From NCBI GenBank assembly GCA_039621445.1, contig CP154954.1, positions 40,355,572 through 40,419,571 on the forward strand: 64,000 bases of DNA, written 5' to 3'. Source of the DNA: Euglena gracilis (lineage: Eukaryota). The notes under the pieces are model-generated. The model did not search any database, was not told where the DNA came from, and saw nothing but the letters and a program-made list of their open reading frames with translations. The first letter of the stretch is position 1. Each line of letters begins with the position of its first letter. This document shows positions 24,781 to 55,590 of this stretch, piece after piece. Made by a program: the position numbers and the translations under genes.

Positions 24781-25369
24781 AGTGAACTTCTTCCACTTGC
24801 AAACCAGCATTCATCCACCAAAAATCCCCAGCCCCTCTGGTGTTGTGTGGTTTGCAGTGGGTGGTGTCCACCCCCCCGGCAAGGTCATGGTCCAATGTCA
24901 CTCCGATCGAAACCATACACAGTCAATCCAATGGGGGGGGTACATTATGGGGGGGTACAATAGGGGGGGCATGGTAAATAAAAATGTAGATGTAGATATG
25001 GATATGGATATGGATGTAGACATAGACATAGTCAAAGATGTATATATAGTTGTACTACCGTGTCCCCCCCACCCCCTTGGGAGGGGAATTTCGCCAAGGG
25101 TGACTAACACGGGGGTGACTAACTCGAGGGGGTCAACTTATGCCCAAATTTTGCCGCCTGTCCCAATTCCTGGGGGGTTTCAAGGTCATCTTTGGGCATT
25201 CAAAGGCACTTTTCATGAATGACAACTGTCAAAAAGTTCAGATGGCCAAAATTTGGTGTTTTATTTTTAAAAAAATAATTTCCCTTCGAAAAAAAAATTT
25301 TGCCCGGGGCCAAAGGTGACTAATAGGGGGGGTGACTAACTGGGGGGGGGCATGGTAATAGGTGTAAAT

Positions 25370-25464
25370 ACAGATGTAGGTATAGATATTGATGTAGTTT
25401 TCGATATAGATATAGATATTGATATATATATATACGTATATATATACACATATATGTCTATATC

Positions 25465-25508
<44 letters not shown>

Positions 25509-25889
25509 TATACATATATAGACATATATATATCTATGTCTATATATATATATATATCTATATATATCTATGTCTATATATATACATATAGACATAGATA
25601 TATATATAGATATAGATATAGATAGAGATATAGATATATATATATGGATATAGATACAGACATAGACGTAGACATAGAGAGAGATATAGATATAGATATA
25701 GATATAGACATAGAAGATGTAGGATAAATATAGGTATGGATATAGACATAGGCATAGACATAGACATGTACATAGGTATAGATATGGATATATCTCTCGA
25801 TAGAGACATAGGCAGAGACATAGACATAGATATAGGTATAGATACAGATATAGATATAGATATAGATAGAGATAGAGATATAGATATAT

Positions 25890-25890
<1 letters not shown>
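25370..25890. repeat. (TAGATA)n/(TA)n microsatellite grading into the GATA array
   Basis: Seen directly; a similar short tract lies at ~24985-25050. Confidence 0.9.
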
Positions 25891-43381
<17,491 letters not shown>

Positions 43382-43448
43382 ATCTAGGTAAAAATAATAT
43401 ATGCAGATGGCAGGTGAGGACTATAAACACCCCCCGGCGGTCCCTAAA

Positions 43449-43869
43449 GTTCACCCCCACAATGACCGCCTGGGTACCCTGGGGTTAGTGAAGGGCGTAG
43501 TGTTGGGGTGAGTACCGGCCGGCCGGATTTCGCCTGCGCGCACTGCGACGGGCGCATCACCTGCCGGCGTGGGCGGCACTCACTGCTGACCCCAACTACC
43601 CCCGCACAACAAGTCCCAGCACCGGCCCGTTTGGGGTCACCGGAGGAATCCCCTGTGGGGGCCGACCACTCGTCGGCCTTTATCATTTTTCCCCCATGCC
43701 TGTCTTCCGCCCTTGGGAATGGCGCGGCATGGGTTCTGATGGGAGGCGTGTCGCGGTTGCATGCGCAGCCGCGAAGCGCATCTCTTACCGAACCCAGGCC
43801 CTGGTCCTCAGCCTAACCCTACGTCCTTCACTAACCACAGGCTACCCAGGTGGCCATCGTGGGGTGAAC
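43449..43869. mobile_element. ~420-bp MITE-like element with ~60-bp terminal inverted repeats
   Basis: GTTCACCCCCACAATGACCGCCTGGGTACCCTGGGGTTAGTGAAGGGCGTAG is imperfectly inverted to CTACGTCCTTCACTAACCACAGGCTACCCAGGTGGCCATCGTGGGGTGAAC. Confidence 0.8.
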
Positions 43870-45212
43870 CCTCTTGCAGCACCTCCTTGGTGAGGGAATT
43901 CGCTCTGTCTGAACTCGAAGATCTTTTCAAATCCAAAGATCACAACAAATTCTTTTTGTGTCCAACCATGTGGACTGTCCTTTCTGCATACTCCTTCAAC
44001 AAATGCCGGGGGCTGACAGGCAAACTAATGAGGGGGCTGTGTGACTAACTCCAAACCTCCTCAAAACAGGGCTACTGCCACCCTTCGCTTTGCAACAAAT
44101 GCTCCCACGAAACTTATTTTTCGCTGGGTTCTGACATGATAAACATCCCGTGGAGGGCCAACAGCATCCAGCAAATTGTGGTTCTGCTTCTGAGCTCTTT
44201 CACAGAAATTTCTGAGAGGTGTTTTGGATGGCTAATTATGTTCTTTAGAAATTTAGTGGGGTCCCAGAAATGGGCATAACCGCAGAAACTAGAATTCTTT
44301 TCAATGGAACCAAAAGAGGGGGAAATCTCAAAGAACCAAACCCCGGGAGTAACAAAGCTGCTTCATACACGTTTCTTGTAGTGTTGAGGCTGTGAAAATC
44401 CAGATCAAGGATGGCGTTGACCATATTGTGGACTGTGCAGTCCGGCAGGGGCACCCCTCTGTGCAAAAATTGGTCCACCAATGTCCTGAAGGCTGAGTCA
44501 TACCTTTTGACATTTCCCAGATTTTTTTCTGTAGGTATCGATACTGGACATCGATGTTTCCTGGGATTGAAATATTTTCCGGACACAATCAAGCAGTCCA
44601 ACTTCCACCTTTGGGGGGGGGGGGCGGGGCATGTCCTCCCCCCAGAAATTGGTGAGCAGACCCCACTGGGGGGCACCAGCGAATATATGCTGCCTGGCTG
44701 TTTGATTGACATTAATTGGCGCCACAGTGATGTCGAAGCCCAGTGGGATACGACAAGCAGACAAATTTGTTCTGGGATCAGCATTAATCTCTGGACTCAG
44801 CGTGGGATGGTGCTTCAGGTAGGGTTTGCATAGACTGTGGGGAGACCCCTTAAATAGGCCTTCACATCATCCACCAGTAAAGTCCCTTGGTGGGGGTATT
44901 GACAAATGAACTTGGTGATTTTTTTGTTGCTGGGGTATTATAATCTCCTGGATCTTTTCCCTCCTGGTCGGAGGTCTGCCAATGGCTCCTGGGTGGGAAC
45001 CCAAACCACCTGCAAATTGATTTGCGTTTATTGGCAATGGTACATAAGGGGTTTTAGGATGGAATTTGGGTTTGGCTTTTGGCATCCACATTTTGTAAAA
45101 CAGCTTTCTGCTATCCGGCTGTCCATGTGAAGCACAATTGTTTGTTTTGTTTTTGGCAAAGCCCTCACAGTTTGCACAGCAGACATCAATCTTTTTGATT
45201 GATGTGCAGGAG

Positions 45213-48071
45213 TGTATGTCCCCTGACCCTGTTCCCGTTCCACAATGTTCGCGTATCGGAGATTTGAGCTTGAAATTGCCTTTGATCAGGCTTTTGATGA
45301 CATGAATAAAATCATACAACCTGTGAAGGGAGAGGCAGATCAGAGATAGGATGGGCTATTCGTACTTCTGAAGTTTGTGTTGCAGAACTTGGAATAGTAC
45401 TATCTGTCATCTGCCATTGTACGTTGTTTTCCGCCATAGCTGTATTTGGAAAGCGTGACATATTTTTCACAGAACTGACTCGGAAAGCGGTCATTCCTGC
45501 TGTTGGGTGGCTCGTAGAAGCTGATTGGATTTGTACCAGAAGCTGTTATAGGTTAAATTCTTTGGAAACACAGTTCCATCGCTTACCGAGCGTCAAAATA
45601 TGTCCTACTATTTCGTTGCGGTGAATTTCTTTGATGAGTGTTGGCACAAAACGCGGTAACACTGCGTCAAATTTCTCTTTCATTTGGGTTTCGTCTAAGT
45701 GGTGTTCTTTGGCAGCCAAACAAAACCATTTTGAGTACCACATGTCTATCAACTTCCATTTTTGGTCATGTAAGGCATATTGCCGCCATTTTTTCTCATG
45801 AATGATTCTGGGAAACAAACTCGAACATGAAGAAGCATCTTGCTCTACCAAATCCTCGCTCAGATGACCAGTTGTCCTGCGCGTTCTTTCTCACGTTTCG
45901 TAGGCAATCTGTGAACTCCATTTTAATTACCTACGGGTTTCCGTCCTGGGTTGGTCGCTTCAAATTCCAGTAGTATTACCAGTCACGCCAAAACTGTTTC
46001 CATGTGGCAGGGTCACCGTCCCAGTGGGGCTTCACTTTTTTCCGCGATTGTGATGGGGACTTTGAAAATCTTTCTGAGTAACCCGTGGTCCTTCGGTTGT
46101 GTTCATAAGGGAAGGGCCCCGGCGCGATATCGCACCATGTGTGGTTAAACTGGCTGTTGCACCAAGTGTATGGTTGGGGAAACTATGCGAATCTGCATGG
46201 CACACAGCATCGTGTGTACCACTGGTGCCGTGTAAACTGTGGTTTCGCGAACGCGTGAATGGAGTGCGGATGCGCATTGAGGGGGTGAGGTGCAACATGG
46301 CTGTACCGGTAGGGCTGCCAAGCGTATTTGCGAGGAATGACCATATCCATGTGTGCGATTGCGGCTCATACCATGAACTAGGTCGGACTCATGAATCTGT
46401 TGATGTAAGGGTGAGGTAGGTCTAAATTTTGTCGGAAAACCCGACTCTTCATCCGAAAGCTGGTCCATTGGGATTGGTAAGGATAAGGGGGGAACAAACT
46501 GCATGAGCAGGAAACGCGGTTTGTTGGCAATGTGCCGGTCGAGAAAGGGTTTTCCCCAATTTATGCACATGCGTGTGGGGTACAAAGCTTCCAAATTGTT
46601 GGGAATGAAAGTGTAAATAAATCGCGGCATCACCGCTCAGTTGTTAAATGCGGAGTTGCGCTTCCTGAAAAGCAGTTGCAAGGGTGGAAAACTGCTCCAG
46701 CGTACTAAATTGTCCCAAACCAGGATACTCGGTGGATCATGCAAATTTTGATACAGTTTGTGGAAATATTGCCGTGGTTAGCTCCAAATGATCGGATAAA
46801 GCCTTCAAACTACGTTGGAAGTAGAAAAACACCGCATCACTGCGGGATTGAGTTTCAAGTGCTGTCTCACATAAACTTTTAATTTTTGTGGCAATTGTTC
46901 ATACAAATTCGTCTAAAATGAGTCCATGCAAGGTAATGCAGGAAAATAACCCATATCGGGTGGTGCAGCAAATTGTACCATAGGACTTGGATTTGTGAGT
47001 GCATGGGGAGGATGTTGAAAAAGGCACGGTGTTTCTAACCCACCCACCGAAAAAAGTTGTCTTTGTGCAAACGCCTCAGAGTCAAATTTGCCTATCGGCA
47101 AAATTGCGAGATCCCGTTGGGGAGAATAGCTTTCAGCCGATCGGGTTTCCACCAGAACGTGTTGTGCCCGTTGACCAATGGGTTGCACCACAGAGCACAC
47201 CAATTGAGTATCAAGGATTGATTAGTTCTTTGAGAATCACTTTGCATGAACTGTCACAACAGGAGTAAATGCTCCAATCAAAGCATTCCTCGTGCTCTAT
47301 TGAGCATCTCCCCACCCTAATCTGCAGCTCTATCGATCATCCCTCCACCCAAATCTCCAGGTCTATTAAGCATCCCCCCACCCAAACGTCCAGATTGGTG
47401 CTTGAGCTCTGCATACTTATATTTGCAGAAAAAAACACAAAACCAAACCTCGAAAAAGAAAGAAAAGGAACAAACTTAGAAGGATATGGCAGCGTAATAC
47501 TGCCCAGGGCCTCCTGAAGCTTGTACCTGTGCGTACAAGTTGGCTCCAATCCGCTTGAGGTTGCTGTGTAGCCTCTAAGCTCAGGGCCGCCCACTTTTTG
47601 AAGACAGCTTTTGAGATAGGGGGGGAGAAATGGGCGTAGGAACATAACCTGAACTGCTACCAAGTGGACGTCCCCTGACGCGGTTCCCAGAACCTGTCGG
47701 CGTACTTACACCCTCCCTTGGGAACAAAACCAGGAGAGTAACAAGAAGGTAAAAGTCTTTCTCTGAACTATTACTTTTTTTTGCCTTGGGCTTATGCAGA
47801 GCACCAGACAAACCAGGTGTGTCTTTGAAAGGTCTGGTCCACAACGTTCTCGTATCAAAGATCTTGGCTTGAAATTGCCTTTGATCAGGCTTTTGATGAC
47901 GTGAATAAAATTATACCACCTGTGAAGGGAGGGGCAGATTCGAGGTAGGATAGGCTATTCCTTTTTCTGCAAATTTGTATTGCACAACCTGGAATAGTAC
48001 TATGTGGCATGCCATTGACAATTCTGCACACATTATATATTCGCAGTGCCATGTTCATGATGCCTGGTACA
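45213..48071 (-). mobile_element. Old ~2.9-kb insertion in the RNase H of E, probably an LTR-retroelement relic
   Basis: ~180-bp diverged direct repeats at 45240-45420 and 47839-48020; TGTA...TACA ends; minus-strand gag-like WDGDPATWKQFWRDW near 45970-46020. Confidence 0.55.
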
Positions 48072-50581
48072 CAGAAAGACATGCACGACCCTCAAGAAAC
48101 CTTGGACTTTTTGACCTGATTTTTTGTCTAGCCCCTCCCCACTGCCAGGTGCTGCTGTCTGAGAACAATTCTTGTGATGCCGGGGATTGAAATGCCATGC
48201 ACACACCTGGCTGCAAAAATTCTTTCACTTCCATAATTTGATCCTTGATCCCTTGTGGAATGGTTAGGTTGTTGTCCCAACCCCACTTGGTGTGTAGCTC
48301 CACCATTTTTAAAAGTTGATAGGTTAGCATTCTTGTTAATGGCATCGAGACTAAAAAGCTTCTGACTTGCCCACAAAAGAACTCAGTTTTCTACAGCTCA
48401 CTTTTTTGTGACACACAGACTCTCATGACAGTCGGAAAGTTTTGTGTCAGGCTGCTTATACCAAAGCATGCATCTTGAAACTGCCATTTCCCCCCAGTTG
48501 CATGCAAACATGTTTTTCCAGGCTTCTGTGCAGTTTTAAGTGAAGGTAAGCATCTTTCAGATCGATTTTTTCACAGAAGGAACATTTTCCTAAATATGGG
48601 TAGATGTTTCTCATGTGCTCCAATGTGAACTTCTGGGGAGTGTGGTGAAATGGAGATTTAACTGTCGACAGTCTGAAATTAGTCTTTCCTTTGTGTTTTC
48701 CCTTTCTTTTTTTAAATGACGAAATAAGCGACAAAATCTTTTGCCTCCTCTGGGGGATTTGCCTGGTTGCCCCTGAACATTCGTGTTCTCCCAGAATTTT
48801 CTGGGCAGTTATTATTCCTTGAGAGGTTTTGAATGGAACTTTTAAGGACATCTGAGGGGGGAGGGGAAGGTCTGTAATAATCCCTTTCCTTATCATGTTT
48901 AGTACCTGTCTGCTGGCCCCAGCCTTTATCCAATGGTGAATGCTGGCGTGCAAGGCTCTGTAAGGGGCAAACCTGGGTGTAATGTGTCTGGGGATTTCGC
49001 AGGCCCCGTCACTGGGTTCCTTCCCCTTGGATGCCCCATCACCTCGATCCCTTCTGGCTGTCATATCACTGGGACTACAGCTGACCCTGCTTTGGGGCTT
49101 CTCAAACCCACGCTTTCCCCCTGTTTTGGAATGATGCGGGAAATTCTGTGTCTGCAGTCCGGAGGAAGTGTGGGCGGCGGGCGGCAGCCTGGCGCCTGTG
49201 CACCTGAATTAACGTATTTCCCTCCCCTTCCGCTACTTTTTTTTACCTGCAAACGTTCCTCCCCTATGTACGTCCAAAGCTTTCCCTTTTCCCCTTTCTG
49301 GAGAATTTCGAAGAAACCTTTCGCTTTCTCCTTGGTGTGCAACCTACTTATGAAAGGTAAAACTCATTGGAGTAACAAAAACTGGTTTTTCTCTTTTTGT
49401 TCCCAATTCCCCAAGAGGAAAGGCACAATGCAAAGGCTTCAGATGTTTCCTCCGAATCCAAGTTCGACTGTTCTGAGGGTTTTTCTCTCTGGTGAACCAA
49501 AACTGGAAGCTCGTAGACAATGAAGCAAAGGAGTACCACCTGTGGGGGAAGGAGTGAAAAGTGCTGACGTGTGCAGGGGCAGATCCCGGTTGAGTCTGCC
49601 ACGATCGTGCCAGCTGTGGTTTCCACAGTGGTGCGATCGTCACTGAACCTACTCTGCAGGTACCCTACAGAGCTGGGACGTGCCTGGTACACATCCCCCG
49701 CTCAGGGCCACGCCCGATTTCCTTCTTGGACCAGGGATTCCCAGGTCCAAGCAGGATATCTGAAGCTTCTACGGTGGGGTTCACTACTCCATTTGGTGTC
49801 TCTCTTTTCCGCATAGCATCATCCACCCAAAGCCCAAAACGCGCAAAAGGTTAGCTGCTTTCCGCGGTTACCTATTAGACGTTTCGGCTTGGGTGGGGTG
49901 TGAACAAGCCCACTTTGGTAATCGGGGCTGGCAGGTTTCCTGTCAAAGTATCTCATCCACCAAATTGGGTGAGCCAAAGGCACACGTGGTTGGTCAAGCG
50001 TATTCACTCAAAACCCGAAGGGAGATGTGTGGAAGGGGGGGGAGGGCACGCTCCTTTCCTGTTCATACCCTGATAGGGCTCCTAGGCGGTCATACCGCAC
50101 TAGGAAACAAAAGAGCGCTTACAGAACCGACTGCCGGCGACAGCTTTGCGGTGGGGTGAAAGAAGGGAGGAGAGGGGGGGTTGCTTAAGCCAAAACAGAA
50201 TTTTCGCTGTCTTGCAGACATAAGGGGCCTTAGGGCCGAAAAGTGAAACTTTGGACTATTATTATGGCATGCGCGCTGTGTGCTGTGTGACTCTTAGCGG
50301 CTTGACAGGTATCCCGGCTGCAGAGGTCTTCACGGCAGCAGGTCCTCCACGACGTGAAATGTGGCGCTTACCTCCTGCAGACGGGTTCCGTCCGCACGGC
50401 CAGTGGTGGAGGGGGGGGTGTGCTCATGGTTGCTTACATCCAGAGCTCGTGTTTGTGTCATACACCCGGGCTCATCTCATGGCTGTTTAGCGTTTTCCGC
50501 TACCATCCATGATCCTCCTGGTGTATCCAGGGTCCATGAAGGCGCTTACCTTACACGGGGTCTGTTAATGCCGTTTCGGCA

Positions 50582-51727
50582 TCATATCCTCTCCAACCGC
50601 CAGTAATCATGGAGGGCGTCCAGGGGGGCTTCCACCAGGACCATTTGGATTTGCTGTGGTGGTGGCCTGTCGACGAGCCAAGTTTCTGCCGATTCGTATT
50701 CGAAATCTTTTGCCACCCAATCCCGAATCCATCCTTCGGGGACTGCGTGCTTGGTTAAACTCGCTCGTTTCGCGAGGAACCGCTGCAGCTTCTCACAGTA
50801 TTTTCTGGGAAGAGCGGCTGGCCAGATAAAATAGTTCATCCGTGGACGGTTGGCTGACACCTGCGGCCGCGTGGAAGTCAATGGGCATGTGTTGTGCACA
50901 TTCCACGGGGACTGTATGGGGTCGTACTATGGCCCAAGCCCGTATTTCCAGGTGAAACCGTGGTTTTCGGGTGGCCGTTGTGGCAGGCACTGGCGACCGT
51001 TTTGGCCCTGCGTGGTGAGCATTTGCAAAAGCATCTTTTCCATGTCTGGTGTCTCCCAGAGGTAAGGTAATCTTACCCATGCCTCCTCAGCAGTGCGGCG
51101 TATCGCCCCACTGTCGATCTGCCACCCATTGGCCATTCCTGTGTTGCGGTAGTCGTCAAGCTTGAAGTTGGAGTACTTGAAAAATTCCTTGAACTTTTTG
51201 TGCAAGGTGGAATATTCCTCCAGGGGCTTCTGGCGGCTTACCACGATTGTGCGAACTGTGCCTTCCGCAGTTTGCCAAAAGGTTCCGCGAAAGGAGTTGA
51301 CGCAGAGCAATGACACATTTGTGCAATCCCGCTCCGTGTAGTGGAAGTTGTGCTTGTGGCTCCAACTGCCCACGCACTTGACACATACCAAGGCGGCACA
51401 GTTGGGGACGTGTATGTCCTTGTGGAACGATTTTCGATACACAGGGTTGCATACGTGGACGAGGGGTAATCCCAAGTCAGGTGCACTGTTATATGTCTTG
51501 TGGCAGACAGTGCAGAGCCACCAAAAACTGTCTTCTGTTTTGTCGACGAGGAGTTCATCGCCGAAGTATTGGGCCAAAAAGCATGGCCATCTAGAATTGT
51601 AATAATTCCAGGTCACGTTCTGGTCGAAGAAACATTTTCGGCCTTGACAGAACAGTTGCTCAATCCATCGATTGAGACATTGACTTTTCCTCAGTTTGTG
51701 GTCGATTCCCATGTCTTTCAGGTCCAC
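50582..51727 (-). pseudogene. Unknown Cys/Trp-rich protein, interrupted by a stop
   Basis: A 266-aa ORF with CxxC motifs (CTVC, CVKC) continues in frame past one stop into 50582-50899. Family not recognised. Confidence 0.4.
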
Positions 51728-54700
51728 GTGTCGTTCAGGTCAGGGGTCTCAGGATCATCCCGAGCGACCTTCCATCCATGAGTGACCATCACATTCAAGT
51801 CAATGACAATTTCGTCTTCCGTGGGTGTTTCAGCCGTTGAGGCGCGGGATTTTCCCTGCACATTTGACTGAGGTTTCGGCTGTGAGGTTTTTCCAGAGCC
51901 GGATGACGTGACGTGCGTGAATACTTGTCCCGAGGTTGATCCCAGAGAAGAGGATGCAACGCCCTGGCTTCCAGCACCACCACCACATTGCGGTGGGGGC
52001 CGGTCACCAGATTTTGGTGTGGGTTTGCAAGGTGCGGCGCCTGGCTTTTATTTGGCCGCCGCGTTCGAGCTTCCGGGTTCTGGAGCGTCCGAAGGCTGTC
52101 TTTCGGCGTCGCGCTTGCTCGCCCAGGTGCGTGGTGACGCCTGGGATGGTGGTGTTCTTCCAGATATCGAGCGTCGTTGTCCTTCAGCAGTTTCCCGAGC
52201 TGAGGGTCGCCCTACATGCTCCTTCGCGGCTTTCGTGGGTTTCCCAGGGGTAGCCGTGAGGGATAGTGTGGGTGCAGGCGTGGCCGGCGCACTTCGTGCT
52301 GGTTGAGCCTGTGGCGGAGGCATGGACGTCCGCTAATCCAGTTTTTCAGGTGCCGGTGTCCTCGTGCCTTGACGCTTCTGTGCAGCGGTTGTGGTTGTGC
52401 GCTGAGGTGCGGGTTCATCCTGTTCCTCAGGTAACGCTGTCGGTGCTTGCACGGGTTCATCCTGTACTTGCAAGACTGGTGTCTTTTCCACTGCCATTGC
52501 TGTCCGTTCGTCTTCCGTCCGTGTCGCTTCCGACAGCAGCGGAGGAGGTGCCGTTGGGTGAGGTTCATCCTCAACCATGGCTGTAGTATCAGGTGTTTCT
52601 TCCTCCAGCTGGGTATTTTCTGCCGCAGACGTGGAAGAACTGTCTGCTGTACCACGTGGAGTGACAACTGCTATCAGTGAACGCAAACCACCAAGTATGC
52701 GTCCGTCCAGAGATGTGCACGGCTCCGGCCCTTCAGCCGAAGTGGGCTCATTCGCTGGTTCCTTTGTCGACGGAGTTTCCCCGCAAACAGGGAGCTTGAG
52801 GCGTAAGGCCTCAGGCATGCGAGGTACCGTCTCCACCGGCGGGTTTTCCCGCAGAGGGTCGGTACACCTGGCGTACTCAGTGAGGTAGGTGAAATTGGTA
52901 CAGGTTTCATTTCACGTGCCGACGATCCTGGGCGCTGGGCAGCTTCTGCCACAGTGTCCAGCATCACGACAGATAGGCTACAGGTTTCCTGTGCCAGAGG
53001 TTCCGCTGGCAGAGGTTCCTCCCGGCCATTGGAGTCGCCTGCTCTTCCTCCTCCGCTTCCGGAGCAGACTCGGCTGTGTGTAGCTGTGCTGCAGAACGCG
53101 GGTCATTCTCGCTTCTGTAGCACGTCCGTGCATCTGACAGACGGTAAAAGCTTATACTTTCACTCCTGTAAGAGTTGGGGTATGGCGGCAGCCATGTCGG
53201 CCTTACCCAGCTTCCTGGTAAAGGCTGTGGCTGGCCCTCGTCGGTAATGCAGAGGCCTCCCCTCTGCGCCCGACGGCTTTCACCCATGCCGTTCTCGCCT
53301 GTGTCTTCCAGAAAGGCGGGCAACGGCAGAGCATTCCGAGGCTAGCTTATCCTGTGCGCCGCGACAAAATGCTCGAAGTTCTCATACTTCAGGATATTCC
53401 CGAGCCGGTTTTCGAGCTGCTCCTGGAGGACAATCTGGGCTTCCTGCCAGTCCGGCCGCAGGTTCATCCTGCGTCGGTCTGGGTCATTGGGTCTGTCTTC
53501 TACCTCGGTGTTTCCCCGAGGTAATCCACTTCGTGTGGATTTCCACATCGGTGGTCATGTATTCCAGGAAATAGATATAGACCTCTAGGACGTAGGTAAT
53601 CCACGCCTGGTGCAGGCTTGTTCCAACGAAATATTTTCTGCGGTTGATGTTTCAGCAACTTTCTTTCTTGCGTTCTAATCTGGGGATCACCGTTCCCCTT
53701 ACCCTTGCCTTTCCCTTTGCTCTTACCACTTGTGTTTGACAGGAAATCGCACGTCATCCCATTAGTCCCAGTATTCCAGGTCTTCTGGTGTGTATACGGG
53801 GTAGGTGACGGACTCCGTGTTAGGCGTTGGAGCAAATTATTGTGGGCGTCCCCACGATTTGAATGAATAGGCGCGACTGGGGGTGTTCGGGGTTCCCGAC
53901 GTGCCCGTACTGCCGTCACAACTGTCGCTAGCGATTTTTCCTCATCAGCGTCGACGTGCATCGCCGAGGGCGGATTTTACGACCTCGGCGAGCGGAGCTG
54001 TGGCTGCGGCGTCAGATTTTCCGGACCGCAGTCACGCTTGCCGGCGGCAGAGCTTGTGGGTCGTGCCGATGGCGCTTCCGCTACAGCAATGTCTCGCTGT
54101 CGCACTGGCTTACCTGATCGTGATGGGACTGGCATTCCGGTGAGAGCCGCCACAGCACATTGACATCATACTGTTGGCGGTCGTCCCTTGTCATTTCCGC
54201 TCGGGCAGGGTATCCCTGTCCGGCGGAAGTTGGGGGCTGACGTGCGATCTGCTTCTGGATCGTCACAGCATATTCATACTGTCGACGCTCTTCCTCTGAA
54301 TCGAACGGCCGGCTAGTCCACGGGTTGACAGGTTCATCTCGTACCTGGTGGACCTGCGCCACACGAGGCGCTGCCGCGGATTCCCGCGGAAGAGCTCTTC
54401 GAGCACGGGCAGACGTCGCGGGACGATTTCCATCCGTTTGGCGTCTTGGCATAGGGTCAGGAATGGTTGGGTGGGGTAGGTGGATCTCGTGGCACGGGCC
54501 TGTCCGCAGAAACAGGCGTAGGTGACGCTTCCTGGGGGTAATCCCCAGAGACGGTGCACTGAGAAACATGCTGCTGTGTGGGGTAATCCGGCCGGGTAAT
54601 GCGCTCAAAGGTTCGAAATATGCTTTCTTTCATGCGTGGCTGTTCTCTCCGGACAGGAACTTCTCCTACCCCTTCCTCGGGTAATCCGGAGGAGTGAGCA

Positions 54701-55469
54701 CAAAAACGTGAAAATGCGCGGTGTAAGTGCAAACCGGTGGTACTTGCCGTGCTAAGTGTTGCGGGACTTCCACTCCCAGGTCACACATGGTAATGTCCAT
54801 CGCGAATCCCGACGCGTTCGAGTCGGTGCAATACACCGAACCAGACGTCATTGCCTGGGCGCACATAAACCACAGAGCTCGAAGGGTGTTCGCGATGTTC
54901 AAAATTTGGCGGAAGTTGTCATCCCACAGTTCCTGTGTGAGGTGGTCCGGTGCCGGGGCTGCGGCCATGAACATCACCCGGTTCACCGACTCCGCCGCGC
55001 GGTGGATCATCACGCCCGCTTACGGAGGGAGGCGACGAGAGCCTGATGGCTGAAATGGCCGCCCTTCCGCGGGCATAGTGGTCATCCTGCTACAGCTGCC
55101 GGCTTCAGGCTTTCCCTGAGCCGCAGTCCGTGCAGGCGGCTGTGTACCGTATAGGCAGGCATATTGGTCTGGGTGAGGGTGAGTGGTTGGCTGGTAAGGC
55201 GTTACTCCGCCTGGCTCCCTTCCGCCGGGCGGCACGATACCATCCAGGGTCGGTACGGTGGCCTGGTTGGGTTGTTGGCTGTAACGTGGTAAGGGTAACT
55301 TTCCCTTCTTGACCATTTTCGGTACAGAAAAATTCTGTGGAAAGAAAGAATGATAAGGTTTATTAATAAAACGGCATAAAACTACGTGGTTTCCCATGCA
55401 CTGTCAAAAACTTGACATGGAAGTATCGAGGTCATGCTTTTTGCCCCACAGCTTTCAACCTTGCTGGAC

Positions 55470-55590
55470 ATACCCAGCAAACTGCTTGCTGGCTCCCAAG
55501 TGTCCTGCTCGGGTCCATAAGAGTTCCAGCGGACTTTCCAAAGGTGCATACCTTTGTCGATTTTGTTTTCGAGGATTTTATCGACTACTG
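55470..55590 (-). pseudogene. Chromodomain, probably the integrase C-terminus of a chromovirus-type Ty3/gypsy relic
   Basis: VDKILENKIDKGMHLWKVRWNSYGPEQDTWEPASSL fits the chromodomain pattern V..I......y.VkW.gy....tWEP. Confidence 0.85.

Noticed and set aside
50220-50245. GGCC-TTAG-GGCC-GAAA resembling hammerhead stem II
   Set aside because: The required upstream CUGANGA is absent.
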